Positions 1 to 13,737 are shown, numbered from the stretch's first letter. The stretch is DNA of 64,000 bases from Eledone cirrhosa (GCA_964016885.1 OZ024745.1:42656001-42720000); one strand, 5' to 3'. The notes: a model not told the origin generated them from the sequence alone. Program-made: numbers and translations.

Positions 1-68
1 AGAAACGATCGTTAAATAATGAACTTTTTTTGTTTAATATAAGGAATTGTTTATTCATTATTTGTTTA

Positions 69-105
<37 letters not shown>

Positions 106-334
106 TATTGTCCAGTCTCTTGCTTATGCAATAGCTGCAAATGTGCAATTATATTTTTAGAAACCGTTAGGATCTAGGTTATGTTGAGTTGTACGTATTT
201 TTTTCTTTGTCCTTTATATGAGGTTTATACTGTCTTTCCCTCTGGTCACAACCCTTTCAAAATCGAATAATTAATCAATTGTCATACTGAAACAATGAAT
301 TCATTTCGTGTGTCATTAAATTTACAGAACTCCA

Positions 335-730
335 CTCTTCTCCCGTTAGCTGGTCATCGAAATGGTCTTTACACGTGCTAGCAGCCAAATTCAAGGTAAA
401 GAGTGACAAAAGTGGTTCTCGAAGTGGTTTTACACGTGCTTGAAATGGCAGCTAAATTCGAAGTGAGGCGGTGACAAAAGTAGTCATTGAAACGGTATTT
501 ACGTTTTAGAAATAGCAGCCAAATTCAGGGTAAAGGTTGACAAAAGTGGTTATGGAAATGGTCTTATACGTGTTAGAAATAACAGCCAAATTCAGGGTGA
601 AGGGAGACCAAAGTGGTCACTGAAATGGTCTTTATACATGCTAGAAATAACAACCAAATTCAGGGTGATGGGTAACCAAAGTGGTCATCGAAGTGGTTTT
701 ACATGTGTTAGAAATAGCAGTAAACTTTAT
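335..730. repeat. ~60-bp tandem minisatellite, about 6 diverged copies
   Basis: A unit close to GAAATAGCAGCCAAATTCAGGGTRAAGGGTGACAAAAGTGGTCATYGAAATGGTYTTACACGTGYTA recurs with about 60-nt period. Confidence 0.9.
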
Positions 731-1077
731 GGTGAGCGTGAAAAAGCCTCGGGAAAAAAATTAATTGTAAAGAAAAACCCCGAATGTGCAAAATTCTGAG
801 AGTCTCTTCCTTCTCCACTCCGTTTTCTAAAAAAAAATCAATATTTTCCAAATGTTTTAAAAGTCATATTTGTTGAAAACATAAAATAGAACTCTGGAAA
901 AAATTAAATGTAAAGAAAACTCCTAGAACACAAAACTCCGAAGATGCGAAATTCCGAGGGTCTCTCCTCGTCTTCTCTCTCCGTTTACTAAAGAACGAGT
1001 CGTTTCTGACTAACTTGGAGGTCAGATTCTAACTAGTGTGAGTAGCGGTAAGAACGAAAAATTCTATACACACACAC

Positions 1078-1167
<90 letters not shown>

Positions 1168-1308
1168 TTATGTAATAAACAATATAACGCAATTATTCCA
1201 TTTACCAGTTATTTCTTAAAAGCAAAAAATGTTGCTTTCAATCCTCAGAATGAAAAAATCCTGGACTTTTCCGACGGAATTACTTCATTTATATATATAT
1301 ATATATAT

Positions 1309-1686
1309 GTAGGAGGTGAGTTTTATTGTAGTACAATAAAGCAATGCAGATATCGGATAAGAAGCACTCTACAGTTTGTAGGACTGGAGTATACATAATA
1401 TATAAGATCAAAAGATGGTTAAAAGAGTTCCATATATTTTATTATGCGCATTTCAAAAACAAATATCATCATGCAATAATATTTGTGTTTTCATCAGATA
1501 AAATAGGAAGACATGAATATGTTGATATGTTGATTTAAAACTGCACTATTCACAAGTGTTTTTTAACCTTCATATCATGTCTTCCTATTTTATCTGATGA
1601 AAACACAAATATTATTGCATGATAATATTTGTTTTTGAAATGCGCATAATAAAATATATGGAACTCTTTTAACCATCTTTTGATCT

Positions 1687-1697
<11 letters not shown>
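1309..1697. mobile_element. (TA)n-embedded non-coding insert with ~120-bp inverted arms, each carrying a hammerhead ribozyme (PLE/retrozyme-like)
   Basis: Arms ~1395-1515 and ~1575-1696 are near-perfect reverse complements; (TA)n on both sides. Confidence 0.8.
1586..1656 (+). ncRNA. Type I hammerhead ribozyme (inverted copy at ~1435-1505, minus strand)
   Basis: TATTTTAT-CTGATGA-[~15-bp stem II]-GAAA-TGCGCA-TA-ATAAAATA: 8-bp stem I, intact core, palindromic minimal stem III. Confidence 0.85.
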
Positions 1698-1725
<28 letters not shown>

Positions 1726-1726
<1 letters not shown>

Positions 1727-2086
1727 AGGGAGTGTAACGTGAAGTCACTGTAGGTTCACCCAGGTGAACGCTCGATGTTTAGGTTGACGTCAGTAGCAAG
1801 GTGTAGAGCTAGACAGAGTGTAATATAATAATACAAGCACGATTTGTTAAGCCTTCATTACGTTTATCGATTGGTGACGCGCGTTTCGTTATAGATCAGC
1901 TCAAGTTTCGATCAGTATCGATCTGGCCCGAATCTAGAATCAAAAGCACTTCGGACCTCTGTTGTGGTAATTGATTCCAGAGTCGGACCAGATCGATATA
2001 GATCGAACCTTGAGCTGATCGATAGCGAAATGCGCGTCACTAATCAATAAACGTAATGAAGGCTTAACAAATCATCCTTGTATCAT
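1726..2086. mobile_element. (TA)n-embedded insert with diverged ~115-bp inverted arms bearing the 3' half of a hammerhead
   Basis: Arms ~1830-1943 and ~1971-2085 are inverted; each contains GAAA-(C/T)GCGCG-TC; no matching CUGAnGA half found. Confidence 0.6.
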
Positions 2087-2318
2087 ATATATATATATAT
2101 ATATATATGGGGAGTGGGGGGGGGGGTATGTTTCCGTGTCTGCCTGTGTTTACGTGTGTATCATTCTGTGTTTATTTCCCGAAACTGAGTGATTCGACAT
2201 AAAAGAAATCAATAAAATAAGTACTAGACTTGAAAATTAAAATAATAATAAAAATTTATGTCGTTATGATCAACTATATTAAGACGTAGTCTATTGACTG
2301 AAACAAGCAAACGATAAA

Positions 2319-2548
<230 letters not shown>

Positions 2549-2637
2549 TATATACATATATATATACATTCTATTATAGCATAGAGTGCTAATATTGGTA
2601 CCTTCCTCAGTAAATCACAAATCTACTGAATCACCTA

Positions 2638-2685
<48 letters not shown>

Positions 2686-3414
2686 AAAATGGAACGGGAA
2701 CAGAACAGAGAGGCAGTACGAACAAAGGTTTATTAGTTTCACGCTCTTGAGAAAGGAAAGATTATATATATATATATATATATATCTTTCCTTTTTTACC
2801 GCTACTCATACCACTTTTTTTCCAGAACAATCTGTATATTTCTCTAGAAAACCATTTCGTTCCGCCAGTTCTATTTTTTCTTTATTTTACATTTTACATT
2901 TTTTTTATTATTATCGTGACTCTTAAATTTACATCAGCTTTTTCTTTTTCTTTTTTCTTTTTTTTTCTTTTTCTTTTTCTTTTTCTTTTTCTTTTTCTTT
3001 TTCTTTTTCTTTTTCTTTTTACCGGCACCACTCGATGTGGTGGACAAAAAAATGATGACAGTTAAACACGCATCGTTTCCGCAGAGTCGGAAGTAGGCCT
3101 GATTAAACTGCCGGAAGTCGCCGATCGAAAAGATACTGTGCACAAGTTCGGTCCAAAACACCGCCGAACGGAAATCACGTGTGCTCGTAAAGCTGATTTC
3201 ATATTCAAGTAATTTTGTCGTCTATGCATAATTGAAAGTAGACAAGAGTTTTTACTATATTAGCTGGAAATTGTAACAGGAACTGAGACAAACGCCTTGA
3301 GGAGAAAATATGACTGATTCTGTCATAAACTTTTTTTTTTTTCTTTTCGTATTGTGTCATGACGGTGGCTGGCAGTGACGATAGACCACTGAACTAAACT
3401 CCTTGCAATATCTA

Positions 3415-3627
3415 AGGATTGGCAGTATCGGAAAAGTGTCGGACAACATACTTTATGGCATAGAGTTACGGCCCTTTACGTTCTGAGTTCGAACCCTGTC
3501 GAGATTAGCTTTGCCTTTCATCTTTACGGGATCGATAAAACAAAGTACCAGTAATGCACTGGGATCGATTTAATCGACTTACCCCTCCCCAAATTTGTTG
3601 GCCTTGTGCCTAAATCAGAAACCAATA
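3415..3627 (+). mobile_element. tRNA-derived SINE (cephalopod-type), long form
   Basis: A-box-like TGGCAGTATCGG and B-box-like GAGTTCGAACC; central CTTTGCCTTTCATC..CGGG.TCGATAAAA..AAGTACCAG and tail GGCCTTGTGCC..AGAAAC are shared with many copies in the window. Confidence 0.85.
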
Positions 3628-4559
3628 TTTAGACCGCCCCTTCACGTTCTGCGGTCAAATTTCGATGAAGTCCTCTTTCCAGGATCTATAATATAAATGT
3701 CAATCATCTCCTTGGATCGATATAATCGGTTATATCTCACTCCGCACACACAGACACACACAAACACACACAGACACACACAAACACACACAGACACACA
3801 CAAACACACACAGACACACACACAAATTGTATTGTTTTGCGCAAATGTAATAAATCCTCAATATTTAATTATTGATATTAACGAATGCTTTACTTTATAT
3901 ACTAAATGGTAAAATCTGTAAAGTGTCGGACAAAATGATTTGCATTATTTAGTTACGTCCCTTTATAACCAGAGTTTATATTTTACATTTTATGCTTCTG
4001 GGTTTATTGGATTAATGTCTAGACAGTGTCTATAATAAAATGAACACTTTCTTATTTATTCGTCACATCTTTTTAACTTTCATGGATATTGAATTCAATG
4101 TTTCCAACATAATTTTTAATGCTCTTGTAATACAATAACAATATCATTAATCGGTGTCATCTCTTGAACTGTCATACACTCAAACACTTCCTCTCGTGGA
4201 CATAACTAGCAGTTAGGGTTAGGGTTATTTTCACGAATTACTGAGAGTACAATTTCATGTATATGATCCAACCTCTTCTCAGTAATGCTGTGCATGCGAC
4301 ATTTAAAGAGCACTAGTTGATTCACATGCAGTATTTTTTCGGCAATGTCCAAGGTTACTGTACCCCATGGCGAAACTATTTGGTCCTTAATATCCGTGTT
4401 GTACCTTGATCTACCAAGCCATTGAAAGGTCTTGGTTTTGTCACAATTTAACATTTTTTATTCCCTCTTAGAACAAATCATTAATAGATTTACTATCCAG
4501 ATTTAAAATGCCTGTGGGGCATGAGTCGATGTAATTATCACCATTCTATTTCCTACTGC

Positions 4560-5340
4560 CAATCTAAGCTTGATAATTCTGTCGCTTACTATAACTACTT
4601 CTAGCATTTTATCTATCTATTTCTCAGCTGGTAAGATGCCTACACCTCGTTGTTTCCTATCCAGTGAAGCTTGTATATATATGCTACTTGTCTATCAGTA
4701 GTCTCGCTGGAACACCATTCCATCTCACCTCTTGTACTCAGCAAATTTCCACTTCTCTCCTCTCTAGCAGTTTCACAATTTCGCTGAAGCACCATTCCAT
4801 TTCACCTCTTGTACTCAGAAAATTTCCACTTCTCTCCTCTCTAGCAGTTCCACAATTTCGCTGAAGCACCATTCCATTTCACCTCTTGTACTCAGAAAAT
4901 TTCCATTTCTCTCCTCTCTAGCAGTTCCTCAATTTCGCCCGATTTACCTTTCAGGGTGCTAACATTGAGGGTGGCTGTCCTGAGTTTTGTACCCTGCCAA
5001 TTACTATTTCCTTGGGTAGAAGTTTTATGTATCTGAAAAGGAAAAGGTCTGTGCGATTGCTTGATGGCGATCCAGGGGTTCTCGCACATGGCTACTCTAG
5101 CCACCCTACAACCGTGCGCAACACTAACATGATGGAGCCCACGTCTACCCCGTGCGGTAGTCTTTAATCGGAGTTCTGTCCTTCCTAGACAGGTTGCAGT
5201 TACTATGGTTTGTGGAGTCCACGCCTGCCTCGCGCAGTCGTATTTAATCGGAGTCACTACTCTCCTAGGCACGTTACCTCTGTTTCAGGTACGGGGTCCA
5301 CGTCTACCCCGGGAAATCATGTAATTTGGGGTTTCTACCA
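4560..5340 (-). mobile_element. Decayed 5' part of an RTE-clade LINE (AP-endonuclease N-terminus plus 5' UTR)
   Basis: Minus frame KLRTATLNVSTLKGKSGEIEELLERREMEIF continues into VQEVRW, the typical start of a LINE APE domain; disrupted by stops and a tandem duplication. Confidence 0.7.
4713..4938. repeat. 77-bp tandem repeat (~3 copies) inside the LINE endonuclease region
   Basis: CACCATTCCAT.TCACCTCTTGTACTCAG starts at 4713, 4790 and 4867. Confidence 0.9.
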
Positions 5341-5639
5341 TCTTTAAAGACCTGATACCATACTAGCTCACAATGCTCAACATATATGAACTACAAACTA
5401 AGCAACCCAAAAATGTTGTCTAATAGAAAATCAAATATTTATTCTTGTTGAATCTAAAAGCTTTCTTCTCCCGAGGTATTTTTTTTTATTTTTTATTTAT
5501 TCTATTATTATTATGTTTTACTTTTGGAATCCCAATAAAATTCATTTTTTACTAAGTCAAAATGAATTATTATTGGTGTAGTAAAAACGTAAAGTACTGC
5601 TTATAGTGGTCTCTTGTTCCCTTGATATGATATTTAATC

Positions 5640-5960
5640 TTGATGCTGTTGCTTCTTGTAGTTGTTTCTGTAGTTTTTGTTGTTGTTATTTTGTTGTTCT
5701 TATTGATGATGCTAATTTTGATGCTGTTGCTGAAGTTGTTGCTGCAGTTTTTACTACTGTTTTTGTTGTTGATATTTTGTTATTCTTGTTGTTGATGCTG
5801 ATTCTATTATTATAGTTGTTGTTTCTGTTTTGTGGTGCTGTTTTGTTGTTGTTTTGTTGTTGCTGTTTTGTTGTTGTTTTGTTGTTGTTGTTATGTTGTT
5901 GCCTCTGCTATGGCTGTTTTTTGTTTTGTTTTTTGTTATTTTTGTTTTCGTTATTACTTC
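5640..5960. repeat. (GTT)n-rich low-complexity tract
   Basis: Degenerate GTT/GCT repeats. Confidence 0.85.
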
Positions 5961-6598
5961 AATGACGGTGGTCATAGTAAAAATATTTAATTTTATGTAT
6001 ATAACAGCTGCTGTACAACAAGCGAAGATTTACAGTGGGTGTACTATGAAGAACACACATGCTGTACGGCGTTAAAGCGGTTGAGGTAAAAATGATATTC
6101 TGTGCTGAAGACCTGCGTCTCCAGGCTACAACAGACTTGCAGTAAATAATTACATACAAACGTGAATGCATGCATCCGTGCACGCACGCATACCTAAACA
6201 TATACACATAAATATATGTACGCACTGAGGCATGTATACTTACATATATGCATCTAAAAATTACAATTTTCGATAAACGAAGTGGCAGAAATATTTAGAA
6301 TTATTAATATAAATCGAAATAGGTAGGGGATGACAGAGCATCTATAGAGAAAAGAATATTGGACGGATTTATATTAAGTTGTCAGCAGAGAAGACCGACA
6401 GTATCCTGCTCCGTGAAAGGTTCATAGAATACGAACTTTTCACATGACTGATGTGTCTTTATATGAAGTGAAACAGGAATGTATGTTCAGACATGCTGCT
6501 ACTAACATAGGGAAACTTTGCATGCCGAGTCTGACAAGCACACACACATACACAGATGTAAGAGTGCATGTATGTATACACATAGACATGCAGACATG

Positions 6599-6677
<79 letters not shown>

Positions 6678-6768
6678 CCGGATATGAATTTGTATGCATA
6701 TGTACATATACATATATATGTGAATGTATTCATTCATATATATATTTATTTATATACGCACATACATC

Positions 6769-6826
<58 letters not shown>

Positions 6827-6866
6827 TACATATACACATATACCCTCTACACACACACACACACAC

Positions 6867-6900
<34 letters not shown>

Positions 6901-7277
6901 ACATAATTGAAGGAGCTTTCCTAGGTTAAGATGTTCGGCTAACGTTATGTCATTGAGCAAAACATCGTATTTCACATTGCTCCATCCACTCAGCTTGATA
7001 ACTTAAATCATAATTGTAATCTGAATGACCAGAATTGTCAAATACGTTGTCATGGTGAATCTCTCTGAGAACTATATTAAGGCTTACACGTGTCTGTAGA
7101 ATGCTCAGCCACTTGCACCGTAAATTGGTTGAACAGGTTGTTCTAATATAACTGGAACACTCGTCGTCGCCAGCGATGAAGCACCCCTCCCCCCACCTCC
7201 ACACACATATAAGACTATAAATGCTCAAATATATATTGACAAACTGAAACAGATGGCCAGACTAACAATTGTACCTA

Positions 7278-7390
7278 AAAGGCTGAGTGGTTAAAGAATT
7301 GAATTTGCAATCATGAGGTTGTGAGTTCAATTTCCGGACGGGGAAATGCGATATGTCCTTGGGCAAGACACTTTATTTCACGTTGCTCCT
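7278..7390 (+). mobile_element. Second tRNA-derived SINE family, 5' fragment
   Basis: GGCTGAGTGGTTAAAG...GAGTTCAATT...GTCCTTGGGCAAGACACTTTATTTCACGTTGCTCC. Related or other tRNA-headed SINE pieces at ~6950-7000, ~12560-12810 (minus), ~31445-31655 (minus) and ~35690-35800. Confidence 0.7.
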
Positions 7391-7487
7391 TCTACCTGGA
7401 GTTGCGACCAATAGATAGTATTAGCAATTGGAAATACCAATGGAAACATTGTTTCCTAGGTCTAATTTGACAAAAGTCGATCGACTG

Positions 7488-7520
<33 letters not shown>

Positions 7521-7524
<4 letters not shown>

Positions 7525-7620
7525 ATAATAATAAATTTGAAGACTAAAATCCAAAGAGGGCTCGATAAGGGTGAAAGCAGCGAATCTTTGCTTAAACTTT
7601 AATCTATTATTTTAATAAAT
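7521..7620. mobile_element. Short (TA)n-embedded repeat family; other copies at 41932-42064 and 49474-49567 in the opposite orientation
   Basis: Shared AAAGA(A/T)TCGCTGCTTTCACCCTTA and TCTTTGGATTTTAGTCTTCAAATTT blocks in three dispersed loci; each abuts TA runs. Confidence 0.8.
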
Positions 7621-7642
7621 ATATATATATATATATATATAT

Positions 7643-8510
7643 ATGAAAGGTATAGAAAACACTGTCGCAAGAATCCAACAGTATTCCATAATATATAAGT
7701 GACTATAGCGTCAAAATGGGAAAAATAGTTAACGTAAGATGTGGGAAAAATAATTCAAACTCATCTCAAAGAGAATCAGGATATAGATTCATCCACAGAA
7801 TTTAGTGAAATCCAGGGAAAAATCAATAGAGCCTTAACACATGATAAAATAAAGTTTAAAATACTCATCCTTCAATTTGGAAAAACTTCAAATGCTCTGT
7901 ATAGTCTTAAAGACTATTTCACGAAAACTTTCAGTGGAGATGGTCACGGTTGGAATCCGATCCTCAGCAGAGCTCAACTCGATAACCAGGATTCTCACAG
8001 ATTAATATGCTAAAAAGGGAATTTAAAACAGGCTAGTTCACCATCATGCGTGATTATGAAAAATAAAACGCACATGAGGAAAGACAGGGCTGGTGACGTC
8101 AGAATGAGACGAATGTTGATTTACAAGAAACAACAGTCAAAAAACATTCCGAAAAAAAACGCTACAATAAGGAGTTCAGCAAAAAGCAATATTATCGCGG
8201 TTTTTTTATTAAAAAAATACCGGGATTAGTCACAAATAATTTAAGCACTTTAGGAAAGAAATCCGAGTATAAATATATAAATGAAAGGTATAGAAAACAT
8301 TGTCGCAAGAAGCCAACAGTATTCCATAATATATAAGTGACTATAGCGTCAAGATGGGAAAAATAGTTAACGTAAGATGTGGGAAAAATAATTCAAACTC
8401 CTCTCAAAGAGAATCAGCATATAGATTCATCCACAGAATTTAGTGAAATCCAGGGAAAAATCAATAAAGCCTTAACTCATGATAAAATAAAGTTTAAAAT
8501 ACTCATCCTT

Positions 8511-8514
<4 letters not shown>
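7643..8514 (-). mobile_element. Retrozyme-like element: 638-nt monomer with ~234-nt terminal direct redundancy, in (TA)n
   Basis: 7643-7876 is repeated at 8281-8514 (period 638); one internal hammerhead; no credible ORF; (TA)n on both flanks. Confidence 0.8.
7894..7973 (-). ncRNA. Type I hammerhead ribozyme with full stem III
   Basis: Minus strand GCTCTG-CTGAGGA-T[CGGA...TTCG]T-GAAA-TAGTCT-TTA-AGACTA-TA-CAGAGC: 6-bp stem I, 6-bp stem III, AUA cleavage triplet. Confidence 0.8.
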
Positions 8515-8581
<67 letters not shown>

Positions 8582-8587
8582 TATATA

Positions 8588-8797
8588 AGTGAGTCCTAGG
8601 TTCAATCGAGGGTAGCCATAGTTAGTATGGTACTCAATACATTAGTAGAGTGTAAACATCAAGTTTAATATAGAAATAGCTTTTACAGAACTAGAACTTT
8701 CATTCAAACGAAATCAGCAGGAAATTTCCTGTTGATTCATTTTGAATGAAACAGTTCTAATCTTGTAGAAATTATTTCTATATTAAAATTTATTTCT
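8588..8797. mobile_element. (TA)n-embedded inverted-repeat insert with two decayed hammerheads; same family as 13317-13528
   Basis: Palindrome centred at ~8725; cores read CTGTTGA and CTGCTGA; homologous to the reverse complement of 13320-13528. Confidence 0.75.
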
Positions 8798-8807
8798 ATA
8801 TATATAT

Positions 8808-9160
8808 AATATTATTCAAAATATTAATAAATGAAGACGTTCACATAATCAAAATATATGTTTTATTATATATATTTCGGAGGTACTGTGCTGTTTTTTC
8901 AGTACGTCCTCATTAGATAAAATACATAAATTGATGTATGACATACCTCAACTGTGCTGATGGTTTAATTTCAGTCTTGGAAGTTAAACCATCAAGACAG
9001 TTGAGGTATGTCGTACATCAATTTATGTGAACGTCTTCATTTATTAATATTTTGAATAATATTAATAACTCCAGAAAACTTTTTTGTTGAGTGCTTTGAA
9101 TCTATTGTAAAACTATATACATTGAGTAATCAATGAACCTTATCAACATTTGGTTATATA
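8808..9160. mobile_element. (TA)n-embedded insert with nested inverted repeats and a point-mutated hammerhead (8861-8922, minus)
   Basis: Minus strand TTTTAT-CTAATGA-GGA.GTACTG...CAGTAC.TCC-GAAA-TATATA-TA-ATAAAA; inverted arms 8809-8849/9022-9064 and 8925-8968/8984-9028. Confidence 0.7.
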
Positions 9161-9254
9161 TATATATACTCACTAACTCTCTCTCTCTCTCTATCTATCT
9201 ATCTATATATATAGAGAGAGAGAGAGTGAGTGAGAGAGCTAAGGGTGAGAGAGA

Positions 9255-9327
<73 letters not shown>

Positions 9328-9829
9328 AAGTGTGTATAGTGCTTCAGAGTACATTTGCTGCTTAAGTTTTATGATGATGTCGTGTCTTGTAATTGCGGAG
9401 AAGGTAAAATGGTATGGCCTCTACAGTTTTCTGGTAACGCTGAAAATACCTTAGGGAGACGAGAATTTGTTCTCTCTTCGGAAAGAGCGTCGCGAAAGGA
9501 GAGAAACAGTTTTCCATGTATATGCGTGTAGATATATTTATGTGTGTTTGCACGTGCGTGTATGTGTATATGTGCGTATGTGTATTTGTGTATGTGTGTG
9601 TGCATGGGCGTGTGCATGATGTCGATAATTATAGAGGGTCTCCTAGGTCATTCTTCGATCCATGCTTCAAACCACCAAGAACTTTTATAATAACTGGGAT
9701 TATTCTTGTGTCTATAATCCGCATTCTTGTTATTTCAAATTTCAGGTATTTACGTTTGGTGAGTTTCGTTTTAAAACTTCCTGTATCAAGAATCTATTAT
9801 CATCTGGGCAAGCTACATTAATTTGTGTA

Positions 9830-10130
9830 CAAGACCAGGATTGTTTGTCTTCTGCAATGAAAACCATTCTGTTCGGTCATATCTCTCTGTCTTCTTGTAA
9901 TTCAAGAGAATTACACTATCTTCATCTTGTTTAGTACAATCTCTGGAACATGTGTACAATATATTGAACATTTTCCTACATATCTTCCATTGAAAATGTA
10001 TATTCTAACGTGGCTTGTGTGAGACGTCCAGTTTGTATGTGGCCAATTTTCTCATCAAGCATTCCTCACTTACATTCCCCTTTGTTGCTGTGCTTCAGAA
10101 TATACATCTCGGAATATTTAGTCCGGAAAC
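9830..10130 (-). pseudogene. Possible heavily decayed PLE GIY-YIG endonuclease fragment
   Basis: Minus reading YILKHSNKGECK*GML resembles the IYxLxCxxCxxxYVGxT motif; many stops; assigned by eye only. Confidence 0.3.
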
Positions 10131-10929
10131 ACTATTGGACCTGAAGTTTTTTCCTTTAGCAGTGATTCTGGGAGATAATTTTTTCCTTTAGCAGTGATTC
10201 TGTTTCATAAAAACGTGAGGGGTTTGAGTTCTTCTATTCTTAATTATTCTCTATTTTAATTCTATTATTATTATTATTTGTTCATGTTTCGACGCAACCT
10301 ATTACAGATTGCTCGCAAGTTTTGCTGTTCAATTAACTTTAAAACGTTTTTTTTTTCTGCTAAATTTATGTCTTGTTTTTTGGTCAAACCGACCGCGTTT
10401 TCCTACATCTCTAGCCCTTAAAGGATAAATATATCATTAATTTTTAAATACAGCCTCCAAATTTTGTTTTGAAAAAGTATACATAGCAGATGAATAAATG
10501 TTATCCGCAGAAAAGAACAGCCAGCTGTCCACAGAATGGAACAGCCAAAGTTCAGCTCAAATTCTTGAGCAGCTGAGCGAACCGATTGATAAACTTTTGG
10601 TAGCTGTCCACAGAATATATGTATACATATATGGTTTAGCATACGAGAGAAAAGAAGAGGGACAGTATGGTGGAGTGTGAGAGGGGGCATACCTAGAGAA
10701 TATGTGAATATATATGTATGTGTTTGCATTGATAGATATGTATACATAATTTTTTTCCCAATGTGCTACAATTTTATAAAAAATCATCAATGATTTTCAT
10801 ATGTAACGATGGTGATGTAAATTTTTGCAGCATACATATATAAGCTGGCATATTTATGTATTTACGTATGTATAAATTATATACATACATACAAATATAC
10901 CTACATTCAAGTATACAAACATAAACATA

Positions 10930-11008
10930 CATATATACATGCATATGTATGTATCTATGTATGTGTGTATGTATGTGTGTATGTATGTATGCATGTATGT
11001 ATGTAAGC

Positions 11009-11041
<33 letters not shown>

Positions 11042-11578
11042 TGTATGTATGTATGTATGTATGTATGTATGTATGTATGTATGCTTGTATGTATGTATGT
11101 AAGCATATATGTATGTATGTATGTATGTATGCATGTATGTATGTATGTAAGCATAGATGTATGTAAGCATAGATGTATGTATGTATGTATGTATGTATGT
11201 ATGCATGTATGTATGTATGTATGTATGTATACATGTATGTATGTATGTAAGCATAGATGTATGTATGCATGTATGTATGTATGTATGTATGTATGTATGT
11301 ATGTATGTATGTATGTATGTATACATGTATGTATGTATGTAAGCATAGATGTATGTATGTATGTATGTATGTATGCATGTATGTATGTATGTAAGCATAG
11401 ATGTATGTAAGCATAGATGTATGTATGTATGTATGTATGTATGTATGTATGCATGCATGCATGTATGTATGTATGTATGTATGTATGTATGTATGTATGT
11501 ATGTATGTATGTATGTATGTATACATGTATGTATGTATGTAAGCATAGATGTATGTATGTATGTATGCATGTATGTAT
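10930..11578. repeat. (TATG)n microsatellite with recurring GTAAGCATAGAT variant blocks
   Basis: Read directly from the sequence. Confidence 0.95.
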
Positions 11579-11712
11579 TGAGAGGATATGTGGTACCGAA
11601 GCGTGAAATATAGATTTATATATATGGTTGGCTGAACTTGTGTATGTGCCTGTTTGTGTATCAAATGAACGTCTATACCTTCTTTAATAGAAATTCAAAT
11701 TAATATATCTTC

Positions 11713-11812
<100 letters not shown>

Positions 11813-11980
11813 ATATGTATATATATATATATATATGTATATATAAACATATATATATACATATGTATATATATGTATATAATATATATATATATTATAT
11901 AATATATATATATTATATATATATATATATATATGCATACTTATCTATACATATCTATAGACACACACACATATACATAC

Positions 11981-12029
<49 letters not shown>

Positions 12030-12161
12030 TAACCTGTTAGTAATGTATAATGTATTTAATTGGAATCTCACAGACGTTCAAATGTTAGAAATCCCGCCTG
12101 TCTAGTTTGTTTGATATGGGTATATATATGTATATATATATATGCGTGTGTGTGTGTGTGA

Positions 12162-12278
<117 letters not shown>

Positions 12279-13276
12279 AAAGAGAGTGGGAAAGAAAGAG
12301 TGGGTGTTTATTCTCTTTCTATGATACTAAGAGATAATATGTAGAATAAATTAAAATTCTCTAGAACTAATATGTGACTGACTGAAAATACTTTGTATAT
12401 TTTTGTCATTAAGTGTGTCTGCAAATACATTTGAGAAAAAACGAAATCGGAGTAACTATAAATATCGAACCTTCGTATTACTGTTACAATAAGTTTACTG
12501 AAGGCAGGAATCTAGAGAATTGAATATCTCCATATATACATTCACGCTCAATAAATGGATCTCCTCCGTCAGTTTCGACGATGTGTGTTCCACAGAGCAT
12601 TCCATAGAGACTTGTATCCTTAACGTAATTCTAATGAGGATTCAGCATGACAAAGTGTTCCTTTGAATCACACTCATTTCTCTAGCTGAATGAACTGGAG
12701 AAACGGGAAATAATGGGGTTTTGCTGAAGGAAACAACCAACTGCCTGAAAGCGAACTCATGACTATACAATGACGAGTCGATCACCATATCCGCAAAGCC
12801 AAACGCCTTCCTGCTCACATTTACTAAGTTAATATATCAGAGAGATTTCATAGAAAGCAATTTGAAGATATCAAAGCAAATGCTGATAAAACTAAATGAA
12901 ACCAACAAGCATGCAAGCAGGATTTATTACATGTAATAACGTACAACGAAATGTGGCCACTTCAACCTCCGCAATCACTCATACCAAAACATTAAGCAAA
13001 AAATATTTTGTCTATAAAATCAGAAATTATATATATATGTGTGTGAGAGTATGTGTATGTGTATATGTGTGTGTGAGAGTATGTGTGTGTGTGTTTGTGA
13101 ATATGTTCGTGCGTGTGAATGTGTGTATGTGAGTGTCTGTGTGTTATCATACATATACATAAGATATATGATTATATAATATAATATATGTGTGCACGTG
13201 TATGTGTGAGTGTGTGTGTGCCCCACCATGGCTGCAGTTAGATGAGTGAAAGGAATAAAAGAATACAAGAGTAAAG

Positions 13277-13316
<40 letters not shown>

Positions 13317-13317
<1 letters not shown>

Positions 13318-13528
13318 AATAATTTAATATAGAAATGGCTTCTACAGGACCAGAACTATTTCATTCGAAGAAAATCATCAAGAAATCCCATGCTTTCCTG
13401 ATGATTTCCTTCGAATGAAACAGTTCTAGTCCTGTAGAAACCATTTCTATATTAAAATTTATGTTTACACTACGAATGTATTGAGTACCTTACTTACTGT
13501 GGATACCCCCGATTGAACTCGGGACTCA
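13317..13528 (+). mobile_element. Microsatellite-embedded insert with head-to-head hammerheads
   Basis: 13321-13386 is an inverted copy of ~13394-13460; homologous to 8588-8797. Confidence 0.8.
13394..13440 (+). ncRNA. Type I hammerhead ribozyme
   Basis: TTTC-CTGATGA-T[TTC-CTTC-GAA]T-GAAA-CAG-ttctagtc-CTG-TA-GAAA; GUA cleavage triplet. Confidence 0.75.
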
Positions 13529-13680
13529 CAGACACACACACACACATATATATATATATATGTGTTTATATTATGTTTATATATATATGTGTGTGTGTAT
13601 GTATATATATATATATATATATTTATATATTAACATGTGTGTGTATGTGTGTATGTGTGTGTGTATGTATATATATTAAC

Positions 13681-13737
<57 letters not shown>

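Noticed and set aside
7741-8588. Repeated 69-90 aa ORFs in the 638-nt element
   Set aside because: Non-ATG start, no recognisable domain, and antisense to the ribozyme strand; they only mirror the direct repeat.
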